A DNA stretch of 64,000 nt, from contig OZ242296.1 of NCBI GenBank assembly GCA_965207735.1, forward strand, positions 1,824,001 to 1,888,000. The letters are read 5' to 3'. Both the position numbers and the translations under genes were made by a program. This DNA comes from Candidatus Versatilivorator sp. (GTDB lineage: Bacteria > Acidobacteriota > Terriglobia > Versatilivoradales > Versatilivoraceae). The notes below the pieces were generated by a model. It was not told the origin of the DNA, did not search any database, and saw nothing but the letters and a program-made list of their open reading frames with translations. Shown here piece after piece: positions 1 to 11,352 of this stretch (position 1 is the stretch's first letter; every line of letters begins with the position of its first letter).

Positions 1-2851
1 ACCCGTAGTCGTTGTGGCGTTGACCGGCGCTGGACTGGAAGAAGCCGGACGAGGAGCCGAACAGGCCTCCCTGGACATCGTTCAGGCTCTTGGACCAGTT
101 GAACCAGCCTCGGAAATAGATGCCGCTGGAGAACTGCCTGGTCAACTCCAGCTCCAGGGCGTTGTACTTGGAGTTGCCCCCCAGTTGCAGGGCGTGGACG
201 TTGGCGAACTTGGAGGTGTCGAAGGGCTGATAGCTGCTGCCCGGACGGATGGCCTGGAGGTCTTCGATGTAGGGCCAGGACACTCCCCTGGACCCCACCC
301 AGGAGGCGCGCCCCGACCAGCCGAGGCCGAACTCCTTCTCCAGGGTAAGGTTCCACTGCTGATCGTAGGGCCAGTTGTTCTTGCGCAGGTCAACATCGGC
401 CGAGGTCAGACTGGTGGGTCCCACGGTTCCGGCGGGGAAGGGACGCTCCCAGGTAAAGTTGGGAACCCCGTTGACGATCTCGTTGTCCTGGAACAACTCG
501 CTGAACTGGTAGGGGCCCCAGACGTGACCGGCCAGGATTCCGGCGCGGTCGAACTCCCCGAAGACGTTGGCGATGGCCCAGGCCGTCGACTTCACGAAAG
601 GAACGTGGAAGACGCCGTAACCGCCCCGAATGACGAAGGAATCGGTGACACGGAAGGCCACACCCAGGCGGGGATCGACCAGGACGCTCTTGAAATTCCT
701 CAAGCCGGAGGGGTAGCCGGCCTCCCCGGCCGTGACCACGTCAACGGGAAAGCCCGGAGCGATATGCTGGAGCGCCCTGTCGTTGGGCACCACCACTTTC
801 TGGGTCGCCTGGTCGAAGTTGTAAATGGTATCGCTCAGGACCTCTGAGGGAACCCCATAATGCTGGAAGCGAATTCCAGGCGTGATGGTAACCCTGGGCG
901 TCACCTTCCAGTCATCCTGGAAGTAGAAGCCGAACTCGTTGTGGCGGGCCTCGGCCCTGGGACGGACACCGTCGATCTGGGTGGTGAAGGGCAGTCCCAG
1001 CAGGAGATCTCCATAGTCGTAGCCGGTGAACTTTCCGCTGAAGTCGAAGATCCCGAAGGGCGCCGGGATGCTGATGGTGCTGAACATGTGCGGGGACTGA
1101 TGACGAAACTCGATCCCGGTCTTGAAGAGGTGGGTCCCCCGATTGATGGAGACATTGTTCCGCCACTGCTGGACCTCGCCGTCTTCGTAGTCGGTCTCAC
1201 CCGAAAAGAGCGACCCGATGAGGGTGGAGGGCAATGGGTTGAAGGATCCCAGATGCGAGCTTGTTTGCCGCCCCAAGGTGCGCACCTTGATGTGGGGAGT
1301 TCCCACCCCTTCCCGCAGGACGCGGCCGCCCAACTCCGTGACTCCCAGGATCTGGGTCAGATAGTCCCGCCCCTGCACGTCTCCAACGGCCCAGACCGAC
1401 TGCTGCCGGTTCCAGGCGTACTGAAATTCGTTGACCACGTTGGCGCCAAAGGTGTGGCTGTTGGAAATGCTGATGGCCCGGGTATTACCGGTTTCCACGA
1501 AGCCGGCGTTGGGAAAGGGGTCGCCCCGGCCTTCGGGAGAGACATTGTTGTAGCGGTAGTGGGCGATGGTCAGCGTGTTGGTATCGGTGATGGCGTGGTC
1601 GAAGGTGTACTTCTGCCAGTTGTTGTCGGATGCATTGTAGGAAATGTAGCGGAAGTTATCGAACAACGCCCCCGGTGGTCCATAGTTGGGCAGAGGCAGA
1701 ACGCCGGTGTTATCCAACACTCTTCGGGCAATGGGGCTGATCATGCTCTCGGGAACGATGTTTCCCGGGAAGGGCTGCTGAATCCCGTTGACCACGTCGA
1801 AGGGGTTGGTCGGACAGGGCACGGTGGGGTTGGGATTGGCGGTGCTGGGGAACACACAGTTGGAGAAACCGACGAACTCGTTGAGGTCACCGGCGCGCAT
1901 CCTGGCGGTGGGAACGACCCGGCCCGTATTGAAGACAGGGTTCTCTCTGGAGGCCGGCTGATAGAGAAAGTGGAAGAAGGTCTTGTTGCGGCCGTCATAC
2001 AGCTTCGGGATCCAGACGGGGCCGCTGACCTCGTAAGACCATCGCTTGTTCGTCTTGGCGGGCGGCCTGGGACCTGAATTTCCGGAACTCAGGGCATTGA
2101 GAGCCGGATTCGAGAACTCCCCGAAGATCTCGCCGTGAAACTGGTTGGTTCCCTGCTTGCCGATGCCGAAAACGTTGGTCGGCACCCGATACTCGGCGGC
2201 AGCATTGAAGTCGACCTGGTGGACTTCCTGCAGGGTCTCCTGGGTCGCCCGGAAAGAGCCGTAGGCGTTGGTGGGGATTCCGTCCTGCTCCTCGCTCAGG
2301 TTGTTGGCGAAGCCGCCGTGCACCTGGGCGCGAGCTTCGGTTCCGGGGTTCTGGTAGATATTGTAAATGAGAGCGGCCCCGATATTGGCTCCATAGACCT
2401 CCTGATTTCCGAGGCGGTGCTTGATGACCGAGGTGTCGGTGTCGATGGTAGCTCCCTCCTCGGAGACCGTGATCTCGGTGGCTTGCTCGCCGATTTCGAG
2501 CTCGACGTCTACCCGTCGAACGTCACCGGCATACACCACCACTCCCGTATTGACGTACCGCTTGAAACCCGGCAACGTCACTGCAATGGTGTAGCTTCCG
2601 TTGTCGAGTCCTCTCAGTTCATAGTCGCCGACCTCGGTGGTCACGGTGGTACGAGAGATACCACTCCCCTCGTTGGTGGCCGTGACTTCGGCGTTGACAA
2701 TGGCGGCGCCGCTGGGATCGGTGACGGTCCCGCGGAATCCGGACAACTGGACCTGGGCTTCCAGCAGGGCCGCGTTGAACGACACGCCCGCGACCAGAGC
2801 CGGAATCAAGGCCAGGATCAGAAAAGCCTTGTTGAAAAGTAGAGACTTCAT
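1..2851 (-). CDS. TonB-dependent receptor with N-terminal carboxypeptidase-regulatory-like domain (3' part runs off the window)
   Basis: Manual translation of the minus strand from ATG at 2851 (RBS GGAGG upstream): MKSLLFNKAFLILAL...GTVTDPSGAAIVNAEVTATN...PGFKR...KQGTNQFHG...GPVWIPKLYDGRNKTFF, typical of Acidobacteria TBDRs. Absent from the ORF track because its stop lies outside the window. Confidence 0.9.
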   Translation of the reverse strand, partial: MKSLLFNKAFLILALIPALVAGVSFNAALLEAQVQLSGFRGTVTDPSGAAIVNAEVTATNEGSGISRTTVTTEVGDYELRGLDNGSYTIAVTLPGFKRYVNTGVVVYAGDVRRVDVELEIGEQATEITVSEEGATIDTDTSVIKHRLGNQEVYGANIGAALIYNIYQNPGTEARAQVHGGFANNLSEEQDGIPTNAYGSFRATQETLQEVHQVDFNAAAEYRVPTNVFGIGKQGTNQFHGEIFGEFSNPALNALSSGNSGPRPPAKTNKRWSYEVSGPVWIPKLYDGRNKTFFHFLYQPASRENPVFNTGRVVPTARMRAGDLNEFVGFSNCVFPSTANPNPTVPCPTNPFDVVNGIQQPFPGNIVPESMISPIARRVLDNTGVLPLPNYGPPGALFDNFRYISYNASDNNWQKYTFDHAITDTNTLTIAHYRYNNVSPEGRGDPFPNAGFVETGNTRAISISNSHTFGANVVNEFQYAWNRQQSVWAVGDVQGRDYLTQILGVTELGGRVLREGVGTPHIKVRTLGRQTSSHLGSFNPLPSTLIGSLFSGETDYEDGEVQQWRNNVSINRGTHLFKTGIEFRHQSPHMFSTISIPAPFGIFDFSGKFTGYDYGDLLLGLPFTTQIDGVRPRAEARHNEFGFYFQDDWKVTPRVTITPGIRFQHYGVPSEVLSDTIYNFDQATQKVVVPNDRALQHIAPGFPVDVVTAGEAGYPSGLRNFKSVLVDPRLGVAFRVTDSFVIRGGYGVFHVPFVKSTAWAIANVFGEFDRAGILAGHVWGPYQFSELFQDNEIVNGVPNFTWERPFPAGTVGPTSLTSADVDLRKNNWPYDQQWNLTLEKEFGLGWSGRASWVGSRGVSWPYIEDLQAIRPGSSYQPFDTSKFANVHALQLGGNSKYNALELELTRQFSSGIYFRGWFNWSKSLNDVQGGLFGSSSGFFQSSAGQRHNDYG

Positions 2852-2976
2852 GGGGTTCGATTCCTCCAAATGGGGTGCAAGGGAGACTAAAGTCTTAAAG
2901 TGCATTCAGGCCGATATACGGTCCGAGTCGGTAGCGGGTTTCGATACCGCTCAATGACCACTATCGTGATTTGAAA

Positions 2977-2993
2977 TGCAATTCGCCTGCCAA
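2977..2993 (-). promoter_or_regulatory. sigma54 (-24/-12) promoter candidate for the TBDR
   Basis: Minus strand reads TTGGCAGGCGAATTGCA: GG-N10-GC with TGGCA and TTGCA, about 125 bp upstream of the TBDR start. Confidence 0.6.
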
Positions 2994-3100
2994 TGAACGA
3001 TAAGGGAGCATTTTTTGCAGAATACTACAATTGATAGAGAAAAGACAGGATTTTACGTCGTTGGCAAACCAGGATCTTGCCATCGGACTGCTGAACACGC

Positions 3101-4831
3101 CTACGATCCAGCAGCGGCTTTCTCCTCGACAATTGCGTGATAGCGATTGGTTTTGAGTCCGGAGAGGCGCTGCCGTTGGCCGCTGGGCCATTGGACGGTG
3201 ACGCCCACTCGTTCGGGGCCGGCCCCGCCCAAACCAAAGATGAGGCGCTTGTCATGGGAGGCCAGGAAGCTTCCCCCTCCGGTCAGCCAGCGGACCCGTC
3301 GGTGTTCCCCCCAGTCGATCTCCACACGGGCGCCGATGGCGTCGCGGTTGCTTCGGGTTCCCTCCAGCCGGAACCCGATCCAGGTCGAGTCCTGGCCCCG
3401 GTTGTTGCGCAGAAGCAGCGGACGTTGGTTGAGCCGGACCAGCAGCGCGTCGGCGTCGCCGTCGTTGTCGAAGTCTCCCGTAGCCAGTCCCCTGGCCGCG
3501 TGACGGTTCCTGAAGACCGGCCCGGCCTGCTCCGCCAGATCCTGCAGCTTCCCCCGGCCGTCATTGCCCAACAGCAGGGGCGGCTGCAGGTAGGTGATGT
3601 CTCTGCGGGCCAGCTCGATGGTTCGGGTGACGTGGCCGTTGACGATGATCAGGTCCTGGTGGCTGTCGTTGTCGAAGTCGATGAAGCGAACGCCCCAGCC
3701 CACGTAGGGCACGGTGAAACGGGTGAGTCCGGAACTCCGTGAAAGCTCGCGGTAGGGAAATTTGCCGCCGTTGCGGTAGAGGGCGTGAAACTCGTCGTGA
3801 AAATTGGTGACCACGAAATCGGGGTTCCCGTCCCCGTCGAAGTCTCCGGCGTCGATGCCCATGCCGGACCGGGCCACCCCCTCCGAGTTGAAGGCCATGT
3901 CGGCCTCGAAACCCACTTCTTCGAAAGTTCCGTCCTGCCGGTTGAGCAAGAGCAGATTGGGTGTGGCATCTCCGGCGACCAACAGGTCCTGCCAGCCGTC
4001 GCCGTCGGCATCGATGCTCACCACTCCAAAGGCCCTGCTCTTGTGCCGGTCAATTCCCGTAGCCTGGCTGACGTCCTCAAAGGCGCCGTCGCCCCGGTTG
4101 CGATAGAGCCTGGACCGGCTGGGAAGGTAGGACTTCTGATCGCAATAGGCGGGAATCCCCTTGTGATCGCAGGTGACGGGGTTGGAGAATGACAGCTCGG
4201 CGTAGTTGCACACGAACAGGTCCAGCAGGCCGTCGCGGTCATAGTCGATCCAGGCCGCGCTGGATCCCCAGCGTTCCGGATTCTCCACACCGGCGCTCTT
4301 CGATACAGTCTCGAAGGTGCCGTCGCCATTGTTGCGAAACAGCGCCGAGAAGGGAAACCCGGTGACGTAGAGATCCTGATCGCCGTCGTTGTCGTAGTCG
4401 GCGGCCGCCGCCCCCATGCCATAGAAGTCAACCTGTGCGACCCCCGCCTGGTCCGCCACCTCCTCGAACCTGCCCTCGCCCAGATTGCGGTAGAGCGCAT
4501 TGCGCACGGGCGCCGGGCTCTTGCCTCTCGGCGTCTCGCCCCCGTTGACCAGGTAGATGTCCAGCAGTCCGTCCCCGTCGAAATCCAGGAAGGCCGCTCC
4601 CCCGCAGGAGGTTTCGATCAAGAAGCGGTCGGGGGATTCGCCGTTGAAGTGCTTCCAGGAAATGCCGGCCGGGCCGGTCACGTCGGTGAAGGCAGGAGTC
4701 CGGCCGGAGGCCCCGCCCTGTCCCGCCCGGCCCGACGGAATCGTGAACAGTGCCGCGAAAACCCCCAGCAGCAGCCCTATCCAGGGAAGCCGGGGCCTGG
4801 TACCGATGCGACTATGGCAAGAACGGGGCAA
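3101..4831 (-). CDS. CRTAC1-family protein (FG-GAP repeats + ASPIC/UnbV C-terminal domain), secreted
   Basis: Signal peptide, repeated DxDxDGxxD motifs, C-terminal SNRDAIGARV...GGGSFLAS...FGLG...WPSG. Confidence 0.9.
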   Translation of the reverse strand: MPRSCHSRIGTRPRLPWIGLLLGVFAALFTIPSGRAGQGGASGRTPAFTDVTGPAGISWKHFNGESPDRFLIETSCGGAAFLDFDGDGLLDIYLVNGGETPRGKSPAPVRNALYRNLGEGRFEEVADQAGVAQVDFYGMGAAAADYDNDGDQDLYVTGFPFSALFRNNGDGTFETVSKSAGVENPERWGSSAAWIDYDRDGLLDLFVCNYAELSFSNPVTCDHKGIPAYCDQKSYLPSRSRLYRNRGDGAFEDVSQATGIDRHKSRAFGVVSIDADGDGWQDLLVAGDATPNLLLLNRQDGTFEEVGFEADMAFNSEGVARSGMGIDAGDFDGDGNPDFVVTNFHDEFHALYRNGGKFPYRELSRSSGLTRFTVPYVGWGVRFIDFDNDSHQDLIIVNGHVTRTIELARRDITYLQPPLLLGNDGRGKLQDLAEQAGPVFRNRHAARGLATGDFDNDGDADALLVRLNQRPLLLRNNRGQDSTWIGFRLEGTRSNRDAIGARVEIDWGEHRRVRWLTGGGSFLASHDKRLIFGLGGAGPERVGVTVQWPSGQRQRLSGLKTNRYHAIVEEKAAAGS

Positions 4832-4885
4832 CTCATCAATCCGGCAAGGGGAGGACCCGAACCGGGGCCGGTCGGGCCAATATTT

Positions 4886-6244
4886 TCAAGACGCCGGCAG
4901 GGGGGCCGGGCTCAGAGGGACGGTCTTCCGTTCCCCTTCGTGACCGACCTCGACTTCCAGCCAGGACAGGACACGACTCAACTTCTCCACGCCCTCCCGG
5001 ATCTGGTCGGCGGTGACAATCAGAGGCGGGGCGATCATCAGCAGATTGGCGCGAGCCAGCAGGTGCAAACCTTCCGCCCAGGCCTGCCGGCGAATACGGA
5101 TGGGCAGCTGGGCATCCACAACCGGCGGAGCGAGCGGCTGCCGGGTAGCCCGGTCGGTCACCAGCTCGAGGCAGGTCAGCAGACCCTTGCCCCGAACATC
5201 GCCGATAATGGGGTGCTTTTGCCTGAGGCCCTGCAGTTCCTCCATCAGCAACCGGCCCATCCTTTGGGCATTGTCCACGCAGCCTTCCTCGCGATAGGCG
5301 ACCAGGCAGGCCCGGGCCGCGGCCGTGGCCAGCGGACTGGCCGCATAGGTGCTGCCGATCGGCAGCAGCCGGCTCTCGAAATGGCTGCTGATGCGGGGAC
5401 GAACCACCACGGCGCCCATGGGGACATAGCCGGAGGTGATCCCCTTGGCCATGACCATCAGGTCGGGAACCACCGAGTCGTGGTTGACGCCGAACCAGGC
5501 GCCGGTACGGCCGAAGCCGGTGATGACCTCGTCGGCAATCAGCAGGATCCCGTGGCGGTCGCAGAGTTCCCGCAGTCCGGCCAGGTAGCCTTCGGGAAGG
5601 GGAAAGCCGCCGGCGGCACCGGTGACCGGCTCCACCACCACCGCGGCCACGGTCGCCGGGTTTTCCAGCTCGATCTGCCTTTCCAGGGCCTTCAGGCAGT
5701 GAATGCCGCAATCGGGGTAGGTGAGGCCGAAGTCACAGCGGTAACAGTAGGGATCGAAAAAGCGGACGGACCCTGCCGGCCCGGGCTCAACCGCCATGCG
5801 CCGGGGATCCCCGGCCGTGCCCAGGGTGCTGAAGGTCGTCCCGTGGTAGCTGCGGTACTTGGCGAAGATCTTGGGCCGGCCGGTCACCATGCGGGCCATG
5901 ATGAAGGCCAGCTCGTTGGCCTCGCTGCCGCTGTTGACGAACATGCATTTGTCGAGGTCGCCCGGAAGCAGAGCCGTCAGTTCCTCCGACAGCAGGGACC
6001 TCTCGGCGGTCAGGAGCTGGGGGGAGATGCAGCAGGCCTGTTCGGCCTGACTCCTGATGGCCTCGATGACACGGCGGTTTCCGTGCCCGAGGTTGCAGTT
6101 GAACAACTGCGAGAGGAAGTCGAGGTAGCGTCGGCCCTGCCGGTCCTGGAAATAGACGCCCTCGGCCCCGGCGAACTCCAACACCGGGTCCTCGCACTCC
6201 TGGACCGTCCAGGGAATGAAAATGTGCTGTCGATCGGCTGTCAT
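4886..6244 (-). CDS. Class III PLP-dependent aminotransferase
   Basis: SGSEANE, SYHG, EPVTG, LIADEVITGFGRTG, MAKG motifs; start placed at ATG 6244. Confidence 0.92.
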   Translation of the reverse strand: MTADRQHIFIPWTVQECEDPVLEFAGAEGVYFQDRQGRRYLDFLSQLFNCNLGHGNRRVIEAIRSQAEQACCISPQLLTAERSLLSEELTALLPGDLDKCMFVNSGSEANELAFIMARMVTGRPKIFAKYRSYHGTTFSTLGTAGDPRRMAVEPGPAGSVRFFDPYCYRCDFGLTYPDCGIHCLKALERQIELENPATVAAVVVEPVTGAAGGFPLPEGYLAGLRELCDRHGILLIADEVITGFGRTGAWFGVNHDSVVPDLMVMAKGITSGYVPMGAVVVRPRISSHFESRLLPIGSTYAASPLATAAARACLVAYREEGCVDNAQRMGRLLMEELQGLRQKHPIIGDVRGKGLLTCLELVTDRATRQPLAPPVVDAQLPIRIRRQAWAEGLHLLARANLLMIAPPLIVTADQIREGVEKLSRVLSWLEVEVGHEGERKTVPLSPAPLPAS

Positions 6245-6399
6245 CTTGAAACTCGCCACCACTCTACCCAAGGTCCGGTCAAGGTGTCAAAAGATTCCTG
6301 GCACGCGGCATGCGAACGAAATTGCCTGTTGATGCGTTCTGAATGACCTGTGATAGGATATACGCAGGCTATACATACAGTCTATTCGGGAGACGGTTC

Positions 6400-6648
6400 A
6401 TGTTGACCAGGGTTCAGAAATGGGGAAACAGCCAAGGGCTTCGATTCAGCAAGGCTATCTTGAACGAAGCTCGGATCGAGGTGGGCGACACAGTGAATGT
6501 CTCAGCCCGCAAGGGGCGGATCGTGGTTGAGCCTGCGACCCGAGTGCGAGGGAAATACGAATTGAAGGCGCTGCTGGCCAGAATGCCGAAAGGCTATTTG
6601 GCGGAAGAGGTGGAGTGGGGACCGCCCCCTGGAAAGGAAGTCTGGTAG
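6400..6648 (+). CDS. mazE: AbrB/MazE-family antitoxin
   Basis: MLTRVQKWGNSQGLR...EVEWGPPPGKEVW; directly upstream of a PemK/MazF toxin. Confidence 0.92.
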   Translation: MLTRVQKWGNSQGLRFSKAILNEARIEVGDTVNVSARKGRIVVEPATRVRGKYELKALLARMPKGYLAEEVEWGPPPGKEVW

Positions 6649-6993
6649 GTGCCGGGTTACGTGCCACAAAAAGGGGATTTCGTGATCCTGACCTTTGATC
6701 CGCAGGCAGGGCACGAGCAAAGAGGCCGCCGCCCGGCTCTAGTCGTCAGCAATACGCCGTTCAACCGCCATACCGGGCTGGCCATGGTCTGCCCCATCAC
6801 CAACACCTTCAGGAATATTCCCTTTCACGTTTCAGTCCCCGAAGAGTCGTCTCTCTCCGGATATATCATGGCCGAACAGATCAAGTCCGTCGACTTCGCG
6901 AGCCGAAAGGTGAAGTTCGTCGAGAAGGCGCCGGGGCCGGTGATCAACGAAGTCCTGAGCCTCTTGGATGCTTGCCTCTATGACCCGGGGTGA
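6649..6993 (+). CDS. mazF: PemK/MazF-family endoribonuclease toxin
   Basis: YVPQKGD...FDPQAGHEQRGRRPALVVS...CPIT...EQIKSVD. Confidence 0.93.
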   Translation: MPGYVPQKGDFVILTFDPQAGHEQRGRRPALVVSNTPFNRHTGLAMVCPITNTFRNIPFHVSVPEESSLSGYIMAEQIKSVDFASRKVKFVEKAPGPVINEVLSLLDACLYDPG

Positions 6994-7065
6994 CTCCGTT
7001 GCCGGCCCCTCGCCTGAAGCCGGAATTCAGTCCGCCAGTCGGTTCGGACTCCTTCCCTTGAACGG

Positions 7066-8442
<1,377 letters not shown>

Positions 8443-8762
8443 GGTAGGTCTCACTCCTCAGTGGATTAGTTTGAAACAAACTCTCCGCCCAGGGGGCTTC
8501 GAATTCGAAAACTATAGGGATGGATGGGGAGGCCGCTGTCAGGCGGTGAGTTCTTGCGAGTGGCCAGAGTTTGTATACTACAGAAACGCTCCTGCTTCAA
8601 ACGAATTGTTGGCCAAAAACCGGATTTGACCGCGCAAACCGGGCTCGCCTCGATTCTGCGGTTGGACTACCTCATACCGACCTGATTTTAACCGGCATTT
8701 CCCTAAGGGCAGGCGGAAAACCGGAGGCCTGACCCGCCAGGCGTCGACGGCTCGAATTCCCC

Positions 8763-10193
8763 TTAAGCCATCTGAAACGCACGGGCCCGAAACAGGAAAT
8801 CCACGATATTGCCTTCGTGAGGCTGGTGCCAGTTGAGGCGGATGGTGGGAACCGGACCCAGATTGAGGCGGTCGATGTTGCGGGCGTCCACCAGGGCCCG
8901 CCGAAAAGACTCGTCGCGGGTGATCCCGGTGGCCACCAGAGTGGGACCGATGGAGTCGATCATCTTGGCCTGAGGACAGCGCACCACCGAGACGAATGGG
9001 TACATGTACTCCTTGCCGGCCAGGACGGCTTCGGGCGACCGGCAATGCACCACCGTGGGCCGAAGGTAGTCGCAGCGCTGCTTGCGGACCAGCCGTTCGC
9101 CCTCCCTGAACCGGCGGGTTACTTCCTCGACCCCCTCCTGCTGTAGCCCGGCATCGATGTCGTTCGAGATGGCTTCCGCCTGCCCCGGCACGGTAAAGGC
9201 GGCCAGCGCGGCCCTGTCATCCTGGGGCGGCAACGGCTCTATGGGTCCCAGCCTGCGAGCCAGGGCCTCGGCGATTTCCTCCGTATGGCGGGAGGCCCAG
9301 ATGCCCGAGCAGTTGATGCAGCTGCGACCGCTGTTGACCAGGACACTGTCCACCATCAGGTCCAGGACATTTTCCCAGTCGTCCACCTGATCGTCGCCGA
9401 TCAGGATCTTGGTGAACCCGGGACCATGGACCTGGACCGCCGGATTGGCCTTGTACAGCTCCACCGTGGGGGTCCCGCCGAAGATCAGGCTTCTGGGGCA
9501 GTGGCCGACCACGGCGGCTCCCACTTCCCCGCCGCCGGGATAGAGCGCGATGGCTTGCTTGGGAATGCCTGCCTGAAAGAAGGCCTGGGCCATGCGCCAG
9601 GGGGTCCAGGGCTCCTGGGGACCGGGCTTCAGAACCAATCCGATCTGAAGCGGAATCACCGGAAGCCAAAGGCTGTGGACGCCGGGAGAATTGGAGGGGA
9701 GCACCATGCCCAGCACCGGAGTGTTGGCCTGGTAGCTGCGCATCAGTCCATCTTCTTCTCCATATCCACGACCCAGCAAACCCAGATCCAGATCTCGCGT
9801 CAGCGAGCGCAGGATATTGCCGATCTCGTCCAGGACGTACCGGAGCTTGTCCATGTTCATGCGGCACATGTGCTCGGGCAGGCCCGTGGTCGCCGACTGT
9901 TGCCGGACGAACTCCTCGGGAGTCTGAGTCCCCTCTCCCAGCGGCAGCTCGGCCGAGGAGAACAGGCTGCCGGCCCTTTGGATCCTGGCCAAGAGCTCCT
10001 CGGATGGGATCTCGCGCAACACCTGGCGGGCCCGCTCGGCACGGCGCATGTCCCTGGCCACCAGACCGGGATTGGCCTGGCTGACCTCGGCCACCGGCTC
10101 TCCGGTGGCGAAATGGACCACCTTCTCGACTTCCAGGCTCTTGTAAGGCTCTCCCCAGCGCAGCACCGGAAAGTGAATCACGCCGTCCTCCAT
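8763..10193 (-). CDS. Aldehyde dehydrogenase-fold protein (GriD/acyl-reductase-like)
   Basis: LPSNSPGVH, LKPG, HGPG, NSGRSCIN (catalytic Cys), EYMYPF; co-oriented directly downstream of a GriC/EhpF-like gene. Confidence 0.8.
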   Translation of the reverse strand: MEDGVIHFPVLRWGEPYKSLEVEKVVHFATGEPVAEVSQANPGLVARDMRRAERARQVLREIPSEELLARIQRAGSLFSSAELPLGEGTQTPEEFVRQQSATTGLPEHMCRMNMDKLRYVLDEIGNILRSLTRDLDLGLLGRGYGEEDGLMRSYQANTPVLGMVLPSNSPGVHSLWLPVIPLQIGLVLKPGPQEPWTPWRMAQAFFQAGIPKQAIALYPGGGEVGAAVVGHCPRSLIFGGTPTVELYKANPAVQVHGPGFTKILIGDDQVDDWENVLDLMVDSVLVNSGRSCINCSGIWASRHTEEIAEALARRLGPIEPLPPQDDRAALAAFTVPGQAEAISNDIDAGLQQEGVEEVTRRFREGERLVRKQRCDYLRPTVVHCRSPEAVLAGKEYMYPFVSVVRCPQAKMIDSIGPTLVATGITRDESFRRALVDARNIDRLNLGPVPTIRLNWHQPHEGNIVDFLFRARAFQMA

Positions 10194-10245
10194 TTCATCC
10201 GGGGGCCAACCTGCCCTCCCTTTGAGGGTCCCGCGGCCGCCTGTC

Positions 10246-11352
10246 TCAATAAACCCCCACCGTGGTGGCGGCGGCGAAGCGGCTGAAGGGCCGCAGCCCG
10301 CTCACCCCGTCCCAGGGATAGGCCTCGCAGGGCGGCTCCCGTTCCCCCTCGTCCCGTTCCAGAAAACGGGGCAGGAAGAACTCCCTGGTGAGCGTGGTCA
10401 GCATGACGCGGCCGGTCCCACCGTAGTCCACCAGCCGCGAGCTGTCGTCGAAATCCACCAACTGGATCACCGCCCTGGGCTGGGGCGGGTAGTAGGTGAT
10501 CTTGTAGCCGTTCTCGGGACCGCTGGGACCACTGGCAGCCAGTCCCATCAACGTGTTGCCGTAGGTGGGAGTCAGGTAGACGCTTCCCAGGAGCTCCTCT
10601 CTGGCAAAGCGGTGCCACTGGGGAGTGAACTCGGTGCCTCCCGAGAAGATCCCCTTGATTCCGCACTGCTCCAGGCTGGAATTCTCATCCTCCAGCCGAT
10701 TGGCCAGGGCTTCCAGAAGCTTGGGCGTGGTGAACAGGCACTGGATATCGTGGCCTGCGCCCAGGAGGTTCATGGCCTGGTCGATGACATGGTCCTGGTA
10801 GGCCTTGAGATGATCCATCCAGCCCTTCCTGATCAGTTTGATCACCCAGCGCGGGTCCAGGTCCACGCAGAAACAGATGCCCCCACGGAAGTGGGCCAGA
10901 TGCTCGACAGCCAACCTCAGGCGCCGGGGACCGCTGGGACCCAGCATGAGCCAGTTGGAGCCTCTCGGAAAATATTCGTCCGGAAGGGTCTCGGAAAACA
11001 TTTCGTAGTCGATGCGAAAATCTTCGATGTTGATCCGGCTCTTGGGAATGCCGGTGGTGCCGCCGGTTTCAAAAACATAGACCGGTCGGTCGGCCAGGGC
11101 CTTGGGCACCCAGCGGCGCACCGGGCCCCCTCGCAGCCACTCGTCCTGAAAATGGCCGAATCGGTCCAGATCGGCAAAGCTGCGCACCTCCCGGCGCGGG
11201 TCCCAACCGGCCGAGGCGGCCCACTCCAGCCAAAAAGGACAGCCGGTGGCGGGATCGAAGTGCCATTGCACCGTCTCCACCACGTGGGCATCCAGTCGCT
11301 TCCGGGCCTCCTCGAATCTTTCCCGGTTGGATTCACCGGTTGCGCTGCTCAT
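10246..11352 (-). CDS. GriC/EhpF-like truncated adenylate-forming (ANL superfamily) protein
   Basis: WHFDPATGCPFW N-terminus, ETGGTTGIPK P-loop-like motif, YGNTL, GRVMLTTL, ERD motifs; lacks the C-terminal ANL subdomain. Confidence 0.7.
   Translation of the reverse strand: MSSATGESNRERFEEARKRLDAHVVETVQWHFDPATGCPFWLEWAASAGWDPRREVRSFADLDRFGHFQDEWLRGGPVRRWVPKALADRPVYVFETGGTTGIPKSRINIEDFRIDYEMFSETLPDEYFPRGSNWLMLGPSGPRRLRLAVEHLAHFRGGICFCVDLDPRWVIKLIRKGWMDHLKAYQDHVIDQAMNLLGAGHDIQCLFTTPKLLEALANRLEDENSSLEQCGIKGIFSGGTEFTPQWHRFAREELLGSVYLTPTYGNTLMGLAASGPSGPENGYKITYYPPQPRAVIQLVDFDDSSRLVDYGGTGRVMLTTLTREFFLPRFLERDEGEREPPCEAYPWDGVSGLRPFSRFAAATTVGVY

Noticed and set aside
14-2842. Three long plus-strand ORFs (277, 405 and 235 aa)
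   Set aside because: Antisense shadows of the minus-strand TonB-dependent receptor; no recognisable motifs.
4649-6346. 565-aa plus-strand ORF, and similar long antisense ORFs at 19882-21804, 23316-25127 and 53696-55435
   Set aside because: They mirror well-supported genes on the opposite strand, as expected in high-GC DNA.
8455-8760. glnK gene or sigma54/NtrC site upstream of amt
   Set aside because: No P-II ORF is present, and the best motif (TTGGCCAACAATTCGT) lacks the -12 GC.
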